Positions 63,716 through 64,000 of a stretch of 64,000 nt of DNA are shown here, in pieces. Made by a program: the position numbers and the translations under genes. The stretch comes from Mobula hypostoma. Lineage: Eukaryota. Within the stretch, counting starts at the first letter, position 1. Every line of letters begins with the position of its first letter. Below the pieces are notes generated by a model. The model was not told the origin of the DNA. It saw only the letters and a program-made list of their open reading frames with translations, and made no database searches. The stretch is taken from positions 217,312,001 through 217,376,000 of the forward strand of contig NC_086097.1 in the NCBI RefSeq assembly GCF_963921235.1. The letters are read 5' to 3'.

Positions 63716-64000
63716 CAGTGGTCCCCAACCACCGGGCCACAAAGCACGTGCTACCGGGCCGCGAGGAAACGATATGATTTGGCAATATGAAACGATATGA
63801 GTCAGCTGCACCTTTCCTCATTCCCTGTCACGCCCACTGTTGAACTTGAACGCACGCGAGGTCATCAGTCGGTCATTAACCTACAACTACTCAATGAGTA
63901 AAAAAACAAATGTCGCTTGAGAGTTTCTTTGGAAGAGGTGGTAGGGGACATAAAAGGCCTAATGGTGATGATAACGCAGAGACAGCTGAGGTCAAGACTG
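63716..64000 (+). mobile_element. hAT-Charlie (Charlie3/MER1-like) transposon left end, running off the window
   Basis: TIR CAGTGGTCCCCAACC preceded by CTCTAGAA (NTCTAGAN target consensus); frameshifted transposase start MSKK/QMSLESFF at about 63894. Confidence 0.8.

Overview
This is vertebrate genomic DNA. The repeat set (CR1/HER1-like LINEs, HE1/V-SINE-like SINEs, abundant Penelope-like elements) suggests a cartilaginous fish, probably a ray or shark; this is inference. The only host gene I can support is MYBL1 (A-Myb) on the minus strand. Twelve GT-AG coding exons between 62613 and 23826 join in frame into 652 aa plus a stop. They cover Myb repeats R2/R3, the acidic LxxLL activation motif, the TPTPFK regulatory motif and the C-terminus ...TSRALIL*. 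A roughly 2.8 kb repeat-free 3' UTR follows, and the first exons lie beyond the window end. The rest is mostly nested transposable elements: CR1, Rex1/Babar or L2-type LINEs, Penelope-like elements (PLE), SINEs, Tigger/pogo, Tc1 MITEs and a hAT-Charlie end. The most notable non-coding signals are: (1) a dispersed family of minimal hammerhead-ribozyme motifs in the PLE terminal repeats, several inside MYBL1 introns; (2) a near-perfect 88-bp-arm palindrome in intron 8; (3) an ORF-less retroposon family with a YY1-type 5' end; (4) a 3' UTR dense in miRNA seed matches, with a poly(A) signal just after the stop codon. I found no CRISPR array or prokaryotic system. I cannot claim a wholly new system: the ribozymes belong to a known class, although this particular family may be unannotated.
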